Shown piece after piece: positions 8,570-16,575 of a DNA stretch of 18,928 nucleotides (positions within the stretch are counted from its first letter, which is position 1; every line of letters begins with the position of its first letter). Source of the stretch: Arcobacter sp. (GTDB lineage Bacteria > Campylobacterota > Campylobacteria > Campylobacterales > Arcobacteraceae); contig CBFIGT010000039.1 of assembly GCA_965662175.1 (NCBI GenBank), positions 1 through 18,928 of the forward strand, read 5' to 3'. The translations under genes were made by a program, and so were the position numbers. Below the pieces are notes generated by a model that made no database searches, was not told where the DNA came from, and worked only from the letters and a program-made list of their open reading frames with translations.

Positions 8570-9813
8570 GAAAAGAATCAATATTTTTTACCATAACAAT
8601 TGGATTTGTAATATCACTTTTTTTAGTAATTGCAAGTTTTATTGTTTTGGTACTTCATACACAAGATGAAAAAGATAAACATTTATCAAGAAAATATCTA
8701 CCTGTTGCAAAAATGGTTTTAGAACAACAAAGAAAAAATGGCTTAACAAAGGTATTTGTAGAGTCCTTATCAAATATGGATATGGAGTTTATAAATGATG
8801 TTGGACAAATGAGAGCTATTTTATATAATCCAAAAACAAATGTAATATTAGAGAGAAGATTTAAATCTATATTAGTTAGAGTTTTGAATATAAATGATGA
8901 AAGCTTTTTGTTTATAAAAAATGATAGATTTGAGATATTGTTTAAAGATACTGATTATAAGCATGTAAATCCGCTTATATACTTAATCGTGGTTTTTGGA
9001 ATTTTATTTATAGCTGTTGTATTATCATTTATTACCACTTGGAAAAAACTATACCCTTTAAAACTTCTAAAAGACAAGGTGAAAAATCTAGGTGATGAGA
9101 ATTTTGATTTTGATTGCTGTAATACAAAAGCACAAGATGAGGTATCTTTATTGGCAATTGAGTTTAAAAATACAGCAAAGAAACTTAAAGATATAAAAGA
9201 GTCAAGAAATGTATTTATTAGAAATATTATGCATGAGCTTAAAACTCCAATTACAAAAGGAAAATTTTTAAGTGAGCTTGAAAATAGTGAAGAGAATGCA
9301 GAAAAGATGAAAAGAGTATTTTCAAGACTTGAAGCTTTGATTAATGAGTTCACTTCAATAGAAGAGTTAATCTCTTCAACTAAAAATGTAGAAAAAAACT
9401 ATTATTTTTTAGGTGATATTTTAGATAATGCTATAGATATTCTAATGCTTGATGAAGATTTAATTAAAATGCAGTATGAAAATAAGAAACTATTTATAAA
9501 CTTTAAACTTTTTTCTGTTGCTGTTAAAAATTTAATTGATAATGCAATTAAATATTCACATGATAAAAAAGTAACAATAAAAACAGAAGGTGATGATATA
9601 GTTTTTGAAAATCATGGGGAAGAGTTAGAGCATCCACTTGAAAACTATTTTGAACCATTTTTTGCAAATCAAAGTAAATCTAAAAATGGTTTTGGCTTAG
9701 GTTTATATATTGTAAACTCTATTTTAAAAGCAAATGATTGTACTTTAAAATATAAATTTAAAGATGGAATAAATAGTTTTATTATTACAAAACTTGAGAA
9801 AAAGGATTTCTAA
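8566..9813 (+). CDS. Sensor histidine kinase (ArsS/RacS-like), 2 TM - HAMP - HisKA - HATPase
   Basis: H-box MHELKTPIT, N-box NLIDNAIKY, F-box YFEPFF, G2 GFGLGLYIV. ATGA overlap with the regulator gene. Confidence 0.93.
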   Translation: MRKESIFFTITIGFVISLFLVIASFIVLVLHTQDEKDKHLSRKYLPVAKMVLEQQRKNGLTKVFVESLSNMDMEFINDVGQMRAILYNPKTNVILERRFKSILVRVLNINDESFLFIKNDRFEILFKDTDYKHVNPLIYLIVVFGILFIAVVLSFITTWKKLYPLKLLKDKVKNLGDENFDFDCCNTKAQDEVSLLAIEFKNTAKKLKDIKESRNVFIRNIMHELKTPITKGKFLSELENSEENAEKMKRVFSRLEALINEFTSIEELISSTKNVEKNYYFLGDILDNAIDILMLDEDLIKMQYENKKLFINFKLFSVAVKNLIDNAIKYSHDKKVTIKTEGDDIVFENHGEELEHPLENYFEPFFANQSKSKNGFGLGLYIVNSILKANDCTLKYKFKDGINSFIITKLEKKDF

Positions 9814-10955
9814 TTTTTGATATAGCAATAATTGGTGCAGGTGCTAGTGGTTTAATGCTAGCATCTTTACTTAAAAATAAAAATGTCTGTTTAATAGATA
9901 CAAATGCAAAAATCGGTGCAAAAATAAAAGTATCAGGTGGAGCAAAATGTAATATTACAAATAAAAATGTTAGTGAAGATAACTATTTAGGGGATGAAAG
10001 TTTTGTAAAATCAGTTTTAAAAGAGTTTTCAAATAAAGATTTATGTGACTTTCTAAAAAAAGAAGAGTTAATTTTTAAAATAAATGAAAAAATAGTAAAA
10101 GGTACATATTTTTGTAATACTTCCCAAGATGTAATTGATATGTTTTCAAAGTTAATTAGAGGAAAAAAACTTTTTTTAAATAGTGAAGTGTTGGATATAG
10201 ATTTTGATAAACACTATAAAATAAAAACGCAAAATCAAATAATTGATGCAAAAAAAGTAGTAATTGCAAGTGGAGGATTAAGTTATGCCTCATTGGGTGC
10301 TTCTTCTTTAGCTTTTGATATTGCAAAGAAATTTGAACACAATATAAATAGTTTAAATCCAGCACTTGTAGGATTTACTGTTCAAAAAGATCAATTTTGG
10401 TTTAAAAATCTAAGTGGTGTATCTTTATTTGTAAAAAGTTTTGTTGAAAATAAAGTATTTGAGGGAAATATTCTTTTTGCCCATAAAGGAATAACAGGTC
10501 CTGTAATTTTAAACTCATCTTTATATTGGAAAAAAGGAAAGATGAAAATTGATTTTTTACCAAATAAGAGTTTTAAATCCTTTTTAAAAGGTAATAAAAA
10601 TATCTCTTCAAGTTTTAATTTGCCAAAAAGATTTATGCAAGAGTTTTTAAAATCAATTGAACTTGAAGATAAAGCTATTAGTTCATTAAGTAAAGAAGAG
10701 TTATCAAGATTAGAGCTTTTAAAAAACTATGAGTTTGCTCCAGCTGGAAATTTTGGCTATACAAAAGCTGAGGTTACAAGAGGTGGTATTAGTGTTGATG
10801 AAATTGATGTAAATAGCATGGAGAGTAAACTACAAAAAGATTTATACTTTTTAGGTGAGGCTTTAGATGTAACAGGTGAGCTTGGTGGTTATAATTTTCA
10901 GTTTGCTTTTTCATCAGCTTATGTTTGTGCAAAAGGTTTAAATAAATGTGTTTAG
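9813..10955 (+). CDS. BaiN/YhiN (HI0933-like) FAD-dependent oxidoreductase. Start extended from ATG 9855 to a probable ATT at 9813 (380 aa)
   Basis: The in-frame upstream extension IFDIAIIGAGASGL supplies the GxGxxG FAD motif. Family motifs GAKIKVSGGAKCNITN, ASGGLSY, FAHKGITGP, VTRGG and GEALDVTGELGGYNFQFAFSS are present. Confidence 0.88.
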   Translation: MFDIAIIGAGASGLMLASLLKNKNVCLIDTNAKIGAKIKVSGGAKCNITNKNVSEDNYLGDESFVKSVLKEFSNKDLCDFLKKEELIFKINEKIVKGTYFCNTSQDVIDMFSKLIRGKKLFLNSEVLDIDFDKHYKIKTQNQIIDAKKVVIASGGLSYASLGASSLAFDIAKKFEHNINSLNPALVGFTVQKDQFWFKNLSGVSLFVKSFVENKVFEGNILFAHKGITGPVILNSSLYWKKGKMKIDFLPNKSFKSFLKGNKNISSSFNLPKRFMQEFLKSIELEDKAISSLSKEELSRLELLKNYEFAPAGNFGYTKAEVTRGGISVDEIDVNSMESKLQKDLYFLGEALDVTGELGGYNFQFAFSSAYVCAKGLNKCV

Positions 10956-11104
10956 TTATCTCAATGCTTAGCTTTGTAATTGCCTATAACTTTTATGATG
11001 AAGCAAATCTAACTCCATCTTTAATAAGTCTATCAATAGGTCTATTTTTTCTTCTTTTAATGATTAGAAATATTAATAAAGAGAGAAATAAAAGAAAAGA
11101 CTAA
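10946..11104 (+). CDS. Small membrane protein, 52 aa (MCLVISMLSFVIAYNFYDEANLTPSLISLSIGLFFLLLMIRNINKERNKRKD), absent from the ORF track
   Basis: ATG 10946 to TAA 11102-11104, AAGG RBS at 10933-10936, overlaps the upstream stop, two hydrophobic segments and a basic tail, and fills the apparent intergenic gap. Confidence 0.72.
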   Translation: MCLVISMLSFVIAYNFYDEANLTPSLISLSIGLFFLLLMIRNINKERNKRKD

Positions 11105-11112
11105 ATTTTTTT

Positions 11113-11121
11113 TGCTACAAT
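11113..11121 (+). promoter_or_regulatory. Putative extended -10 (TGcTACAAT) for the ymdB-like operon
   Basis: TGn-TACAAT preceded by a T-tract, 25 nt upstream of ATG 11146, with an AAGGG RBS. Confidence 0.55.
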
Positions 11122-11145
11122 CCCAATACTAAAACAAAGGGAAAT

Positions 11146-11961
11146 ATGTTGAAAATTGCATTTATTGGTGATATTGTAGGAAGACCTGGTAGAAAAATTA
11201 TAGAACAAAATCTAAAAAAAATAAAAGAAAAATATCAAATAGATTTTGTAATAGCAAATGGAGAGAATGCAAGTCATGGATTTGGACTAACTCCAAAAAA
11301 TGCAAATGAACTTTTTAATGCAGGAATTGATTTAATAACAGGAGGAAATCACTCTTTTGATAAGAAAAAAGAGATGATATCTTTACTTGAATCACAAAAT
11401 GTAATAAGACCTGCAAACTACCCTTTAGGAGTTCCTGGAGATGGTTATAAAATCTTTGAAATTAATGGTGAAAAATTAGCTGTTTTAAATTTGATGGGTA
11501 ATTTTTCCATGCCAACATGTGACAATCCTTTTAACAAAGCTAGTGAAATTATAAAAGAGTTTCAAGAAGAAAATATCAAAAATATCTTTATAGATATTCA
11601 TGCAGAAGCAACTAGTGAAAAAAGAGTAATGGCTATGATGTTTAAAGGAAAAGTAAGTGGTATTTGTGGAACTCATACTCATGTTGGAACTGATGATTTA
11701 CAAATAATTGATGGAACAACATACTTAACAGATATTGGACTTACAGGTTGTAGAGATAATGTAATTGGAATGGATGCTAAAATTCCAATAGAAAAAGCAA
11801 CCACCGGACTTGGGGGACACTTTGATATTCCAAATAATTGCAAATCAATTTTACAAATATTAGTTATGAATTTGGAAAATGGAAAATCAACAGATGCCTT
11901 TAAAATAAAAGTTTTGTGTAATAAAAAAGAGGAAATTATAACAAAGGCTATTGTTGAATAG
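11146..11961 (+). CDS. ymdB: YmdB / TIGR00282-family metallophosphoesterase
   Basis: FIGDIVGRPG, NGENASHG, TGGNH, RPANYP, DIHAEATSEK, GTHTHV and TDIGLTG motifs. Confidence 0.92.
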   Translation: MLKIAFIGDIVGRPGRKIIEQNLKKIKEKYQIDFVIANGENASHGFGLTPKNANELFNAGIDLITGGNHSFDKKKEMISLLESQNVIRPANYPLGVPGDGYKIFEINGEKLAVLNLMGNFSMPTCDNPFNKASEIIKEFQEENIKNIFIDIHAEATSEKRVMAMMFKGKVSGICGTHTHVGTDDLQIIDGTTYLTDIGLTGCRDNVIGMDAKIPIEKATTGLGGHFDIPNNCKSILQILVMNLENGKSTDAFKIKVLCNKKEEIITKAIVE

Positions 11962-12592
11962 TATTTCCAACTCTTATGATTTATTTCTTTTTTTAAAAGA
12001 ACAAATTACAATTGATGAAAAATATAAATATTGGTGGCCCTCAAATAGTGATTTTGAAGTTTTTGTAGGTGCTATATTAACTCAAAATACAAAATGGACA
12101 AATGTAGAAAAATCTTTGAGAAACTTAAAAGAGTTAGATGTTTTAAAACTTGAAAAATTAAAAGATATTGATATAGAACTTTTAATAGAAAAAATTGCTC
12201 CAAGTGGTTTTAAAAATCAAAAATCTCTTCGTATTAAAAAAATTTGCCAAAATATTTATGATGAGTTTGGTGATTTTGAAAACTTTAAAGCAAATGTGTG
12301 TAGAGAATGGTTACTTTCACAAAAAGGAATAGGACCTGAAACAGCAGATGCAATTTTGTGTTATTCTTGCCACAAAGATGAGATGGTTGTGGACTCTTAT
12401 ACAAATAGACTTCTTAAAACTTTTGGTTTTGAGTTTGAATCTTATGAAGATTTAAAATCTTGGTGTGAATATGGAATTAATGAAAATTTTGATAATATAA
12501 TAACGTTTTATGACTATGAAATATCATTAAATATGATATATTGTAGGTTTCATGGAAAAATTGTAGAGTTTATGAAAAATCAAAAAAGATAA
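11951..12592 (+). CDS. HhH-GPD base-excision DNA glycosylase (3-methyladenine glycosylase III / endonuclease III-related)
   Basis: WWP, FEVFVGAILTQNTKW, PSGFKNQK, HhH motif LLSQKGIGPETADAILCY and VVDSYTNR. No C-terminal Fe-S cysteine cluster. TTG start. Confidence 0.88.
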   Translation: MLNSISNSYDLFLFLKEQITIDEKYKYWWPSNSDFEVFVGAILTQNTKWTNVEKSLRNLKELDVLKLEKLKDIDIELLIEKIAPSGFKNQKSLRIKKICQNIYDEFGDFENFKANVCREWLLSQKGIGPETADAILCYSCHKDEMVVDSYTNRLLKTFGFEFESYEDLKSWCEYGINENFDNIITFYDYEISLNMIYCRFHGKIVEFMKNQKR

Positions 12593-12608
12593 TCCAAGGG
12601 TTTAAAAT

Positions 12609-13397
12609 ATGATTATTATTCCACAAACAAAAGGTGGCGTTGGAAAATCAACAGTTGCAATGCAAGTGATAGCTCCATATTTGTATAAAAAACATGGAAA
12701 AAAAGTTACTTACATCGAAATAGATGATGAAAACAATGATAGCAAATCATTTACTACAACTCAAATTGTTAATAAAAGAATGCTAAGAACAAATAAAGTA
12801 AGTGAATTAGATGAACTTATTTTAATGGATGATAATCATGAAATTATAGTTGATGTTGGTGGAAATAAAACATCAAGTTTAGTTTTAGATGAGATAAAAA
12901 AAGTTGGTTCTTTTGGAAACTTAAAATGGATTATACCTTTAGGTGATGGTGAACTTGATGGTAAAAATGCAATTACTACCATGAAAAAAATTAAAAAAAT
13001 TGAAGATAATCCTGAAGCAAATATTGCTTTTGCACTTAATCGAGCAATTTCCATGGAAAAAGATTATATAGAAGAGCAGTTCATAAACTTTTTTGGTCAT
13101 AAATATTTAGATTCAAATACAGTTATGTCTGATTTTTTAAAAGAGCCTAGCTATTTTCCTGTAAAAAATGACAAAGTAATTACAATGAGTAGATACTTAG
13201 GAAGCACAGTTTGGGAAATGGCACACAATAATGCTAACTTTACAGAAAAAGCTTTAAAAGCAAAAGAAGAGGGCGATGTTGAGGGTGCTAAAAAGTATAT
13301 ATTTTTTAGAAGATTACAATCTGAAGCACAAGATTATGTTTTAAATGTATTAAATCCAATCTTTCATGAATTAGATAGATGGTTAGATAAAAAATAG
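12609..13397 (+). CDS. ParA/MinD-superfamily P-loop ATPase of unknown function
   Basis: Deviant Walker A KGGVGKST, A' motif YIEIDDEN, Walker B IIVDVGG, IIP strand and ALNR motif. Confidence 0.8.
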   Translation: MIIIPQTKGGVGKSTVAMQVIAPYLYKKHGKKVTYIEIDDENNDSKSFTTTQIVNKRMLRTNKVSELDELILMDDNHEIIVDVGGNKTSSLVLDEIKKVGSFGNLKWIIPLGDGELDGKNAITTMKKIKKIEDNPEANIAFALNRAISMEKDYIEEQFINFFGHKYLDSNTVMSDFLKEPSYFPVKNDKVITMSRYLGSTVWEMAHNNANFTEKALKAKEEGDVEGAKKYIFFRRLQSEAQDYVLNVLNPIFHELDRWLDKK

Positions 13398-13398
13398 T

Positions 13399-13650
13399 AT
13401 GAGTGATATGAGTTTTAAACAAGCAAAAGAGCTTGTTGAAAAAATAGAATTATCTGAATTAACACTAAAAAAAACAGTACAAGATATAGAAAAATCTACA
13501 CAAAATTTTAGTGAAACACTTAAAAAACAAGAGTATGTTTTAAAGCAACTTCCTATAACTGATAAAAAATTAAATACATTAAAACTTTTAATTGTATTGC
13601 ATGTTGGTTTTATAGCAGGTGTTTTAGTTGGCGTATTTTTATTTAAATAA
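13399..13650 (+). CDS. Small coiled-coil protein with a C-terminal transmembrane anchor
   Basis: 83 aa. Helical charged N-terminus followed by LLIVLHVGFIAGVLVGVFLFK. Starts 1 nt after the ATPase stop. Confidence 0.75.
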   Translation: MSDMSFKQAKELVEKIELSELTLKKTVQDIEKSTQNFSETLKKQEYVLKQLPITDKKLNTLKLLIVLHVGFIAGVLVGVFLFK

Positions 13651-13664
13651 TTAGGAAATATTTA

Positions 13665-14375
13665 ATGGGTAAACAAGAAAAAATTGTATCAATGTTCAAT
13701 GAAATAGCAGGTACTTATGATGTAGCAAATAGAGTTTTAAGTATGGGAATAGATAAAACATGGAGAAATAAAGCTTGTGATTTAGCTTTCTCTTTTTATG
13801 ATAAAAATAGCATAGAAAAAATTATTGATGTTGCTTGTGGAACAGGTGATATGCTTACTACTTGGGATAAAATTGCTAAAAAAAATAGTATAAATATTGG
13901 AAGTAGAACAGGTGTTGATCCAAGTGTTGGTATGATGGATGTAGCTCGTGTTAAACTTCCTGAAGTTGAGTTTATTGAAGCTGGAGCTGAAGCTATGCCT
14001 TTAAAAAGTAGCGAAGCTGATATTATCTCTATTTCTTATGGTATTAGAAATGTTGTTAAAAGACAAGAGGCTTTTAATGAGTTTGCTAGAGTATTAAAAA
14101 AAGATGGTCTTTTAGTAATTTTAGAGTTTACTAAAAATGAAAAAACTAATCCACTTGATTATGTAACTGATTTTTATATGAATAAAATCTTACCAACTTT
14201 AGGTGGAATTATCTCAAAAAATAAAGAGGCTTATACATATTTACCAAACTCAATTGATGAGTTTTTAACGCAAGATAATTTATGTGCTGAATTAAAAGAA
14301 GCGGGATTAGAACCTATTTATGTAAAAGGTTTTTCTATGAATATTTCAACACTATTTATTGCAAGAAAGATATAA
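13665..14375 (+). CDS. ubiE: Demethylmenaquinone / UbiE-family methyltransferase
   Basis: MFNEIAGTYDVANRVLSMG..WR, DVACGTGD, YGIRNV, RVLKKDG...ILEF and EAYTYLPNSI motifs. Confidence 0.93.
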   Translation: MGKQEKIVSMFNEIAGTYDVANRVLSMGIDKTWRNKACDLAFSFYDKNSIEKIIDVACGTGDMLTTWDKIAKKNSINIGSRTGVDPSVGMMDVARVKLPEVEFIEAGAEAMPLKSSEADIISISYGIRNVVKRQEAFNEFARVLKKDGLLVILEFTKNEKTNPLDYVTDFYMNKILPTLGGIISKNKEAYTYLPNSIDEFLTQDNLCAELKEAGLEPIYVKGFSMNISTLFIARKI

Positions 14376-14384
14376 AAAATAGAT

Positions 14385-15572
14385 ATGAATCAGCCAATTT
14401 CTGTCTCAACATTAAATAATCAAATAAAATCACTCTTAGAAACTACCTTTATTGGAGTTTTTGTTGAGGGTGAAATCTCGAATTTAACTTACCATAACTC
14501 AGGTCATATTTACTTTTCTATAAAAGATGAAAACTCAACAATTTCATGTGTTATGTTTAGAGGAAATGCCCAATATTTAAAATTTAGATTAGAAGTTGGA
14601 CAGAAAATTACAGTTTCAGGAAGTATTACAGCATATATTCCAAGAGGAAACTATCAATTAATGTGTACAAAAATTGAACCCTCAGGAAAAGGCTCTTTGG
14701 CACTTGCTTTTGAGCAATTAAAAGAGAAACTACAAAAAGAGGGTTTATTTGATATTAGCTATAAAAAAAAGCTTCCAAAATATCCTAAAACAATTGCCAT
14801 AGTAACTTCACCAACAGGTGCTGCTATTGAAGATATGAAAAAAGTAGCTAGTAATAGATGGCCACTTTGTAAACTTATTTTAATACCAACCTTAGTTCAA
14901 GGAGAGGGTGCTAAATTTGATATTGTTGAGTCAATTAAAAGAGCCGATTTTATCTCTCCTGATTTGATAATAGTTGGACGTGGTGGTGGAAGTATTGAGG
15001 ATCTTTGGGCTTTTAATGAAGAGATAGTTGCACGTGCAATTTATGAGGCAAAAGCACCCATAATATCAGCTGTTGGACATGAGAGTGATTTTGTTATATC
15101 TGATTTTGTTGCTGATGTAAGAGCTGCAACTCCATCAAATGCTATGGAGCTATCACTTCCTGATAAAAATGAGCATTTTATCTATTTGGATAATCTATAT
15201 CAAGAGTTCCAAAATAGTTTTAAAAGAGTAATTTATAATAAAGAACAGAGTGTTTTAAACTATCGAAAATATTTTGAACAACACTCTTTAGATAAAAAAT
15301 TCTCTTTTATTCAAAAAGAGATTGATATGTTAAAATCTAATTTTAATCGAACATATTTACAAATCTTAAGACAAAAAGATAGTGAAATTAAGTATTTAAA
15401 AAACTCTTATGAAAGTAATCATCCTGATAAAAAAAACAAAGATGGTTATGTACAAATTTCAAAAAATAATAGTTTAATAAGTTTAAATTATGTTAAGATA
15501 GATGATGAAATAACACTACAAACTTCAAAAATATCTGCAAGATGTAGGATTTTGGATATTAAAAACCTATAA
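14385..15572 (+). CDS. xseA: Exodeoxyribonuclease VII large subunit
   Basis: VEGEISN, SGHIYFSIKD OB-fold, TSPTGAA, RGGGSIEDLWAFNEE, SAVGHESD and RAATPS motifs. Confidence 0.96.
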   Translation: MNQPISVSTLNNQIKSLLETTFIGVFVEGEISNLTYHNSGHIYFSIKDENSTISCVMFRGNAQYLKFRLEVGQKITVSGSITAYIPRGNYQLMCTKIEPSGKGSLALAFEQLKEKLQKEGLFDISYKKKLPKYPKTIAIVTSPTGAAIEDMKKVASNRWPLCKLILIPTLVQGEGAKFDIVESIKRADFISPDLIIVGRGGGSIEDLWAFNEEIVARAIYEAKAPIISAVGHESDFVISDFVADVRAATPSNAMELSLPDKNEHFIYLDNLYQEFQNSFKRVIYNKEQSVLNYRKYFEQHSLDKKFSFIQKEIDMLKSNFNRTYLQILRQKDSEIKYLKNSYESNHPDKKNKDGYVQISKNNSLISLNYVKIDDEITLQTSKISARCRILDIKNL

Positions 15573-15671
15573 AATTTAAGATATATATTGTAAAATATAA
15601 CAAAACTAGATAGAATATAATTTTGATAAATTAAATAAAAGATTATAGTCTCACGTAGGAGTTGAAATCAT

Positions 15672-16157
15672 ATGGAAAATAATAACCACGAAAAAAAAGA
15701 GATAATAAATTACGCTAGTACAAGTGAGTATATGAAGTTTGTTTTAGGTTCTATGCAGTATGCTATTGAATTGCCTAAAATAAGAGAGATTTTAACTTAC
15801 CCCGAAATGATTACAGTTTTACCTAATGTTCCTGAATATGTTAAAGGACTTATAAATTTAAGAGGTGATGTTGTGCCTGTTTTAGATTTAAGAGTTAAAT
15901 TCAACACAGGTGAAATTAAGAATAATGAAAATACAGCTGTTATTGCAGTTGTAACTAAAGATAAAAGAATGATAGGAATTGTTGTTGATAAAGTTGATGA
16001 CGTTCAAAGGTTAGATTTATCTATGCTAGCACCTGTATCTGAAATAGGTTCAGCTATCTCTTCAAAATATTTAAAAGGTTTTGTAAGATTAGATAATAAT
16101 GAAATGTTGGTAATAATGGATATTGAAGCCGTTGTTGCAAAATCTGAATTAGAATAA
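15672..16157 (+). CDS. cheW: Chemotaxis coupling protein CheW
   Basis: YAIEL..IREI, PEYVKGLINLRGDVVPVLDLR and GIVVDKVDDV motifs, with AGGAG RBS at 15657-15661. Confidence 0.93.
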   Translation: MENNNHEKKEIINYASTSEYMKFVLGSMQYAIELPKIREILTYPEMITVLPNVPEYVKGLINLRGDVVPVLDLRVKFNTGEIKNNENTAVIAVVTKDKRMIGIVVDKVDDVQRLDLSMLAPVSEIGSAISSKYLKGFVRLDNNEMLVIMDIEAVVAKSELE

Positions 16158-16172
16158 AAAGATAGGTTAAAG

Positions 16173-16574
16173 ATGTCAGGAACATTACAAGAAAATATTA
16201 TTAATTTAAAAAAATTAAAGTTTTTATTTGTTGAAGATGAAAAAGATTTATTAGATATTATTGCAGAAACTTTGCAAAAACTCGAAGTTAATTTTTTAAC
16301 TGCTTCTAATGGTGAAGAGGGTTTAGAGATTGTAAAAAACAATAGCGACATAGATATTGTTGTTACTGATATTAGTATGCCTATTATGAATGGTATTGAG
16401 ATGATTAAATTGATAAAAGAGATTTATCCTGAAATGAATATTGTCGTAATGACAGCTCATACTGAATCAAAATATATTAGTGATGTTGCACAATTAGGAG
16501 TAAATGATTACTTATTAAAGCCATTTGATTTTATTAAATTTATTGAATTAATAAGCGATAAAAAGATTAAATAG
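16173..16574 (+). CDS. Single-domain response regulator (stand-alone receiver)
   Basis: VEDE, TDISMP phosphoacceptor, MTAH and LLKPF motifs, with no output domain. Confidence 0.92.
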   Translation: MSGTLQENIINLKKLKFLFVEDEKDLLDIIAETLQKLEVNFLTASNGEEGLEIVKNNSDIDIVVTDISMPIMNGIEMIKLIKEIYPEMNIVVMTAHTESKYISDVAQLGVNDYLLKPFDFIKFIELISDKKIK

Positions 16575-16575
16575 T

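Noticed and set aside
8955..9353. 132-aa minus strand ORF rich in F/S/L
   Set aside because: Antisense shadow of the histidine kinase. The composition is explained by reverse-complemented K/E codons.
9598..9630. Degenerate G1 box of the kinase (FENHGEEL instead of DxGxG)
   Set aside because: A common variant in ArsS/RacS-like kinases of this phylum. The H, N, F and G2 boxes are intact.
10156..10365. 69-aa minus strand ORF
   Set aside because: Antisense to the flavoprotein gene, with no supporting signals.
11485..11682. 65-aa minus strand ORF
   Set aside because: Antisense to ymdB, with no recognisable features.
12836..13054. 72-aa minus strand ORF
   Set aside because: Antisense shadow of the ParA-like ATPase.
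554..15572. Apparent DNA-repair cluster (mfd, HhH glycosylase, xseA)
   Set aside because: The genes are in separate transcription units mixed with unrelated housekeeping genes, and no shared operator was seen.
16004..16351. 115-aa minus strand ORF spanning cheW and the receiver gene
   Set aside because: Antisense shadow of two well-supported genes.
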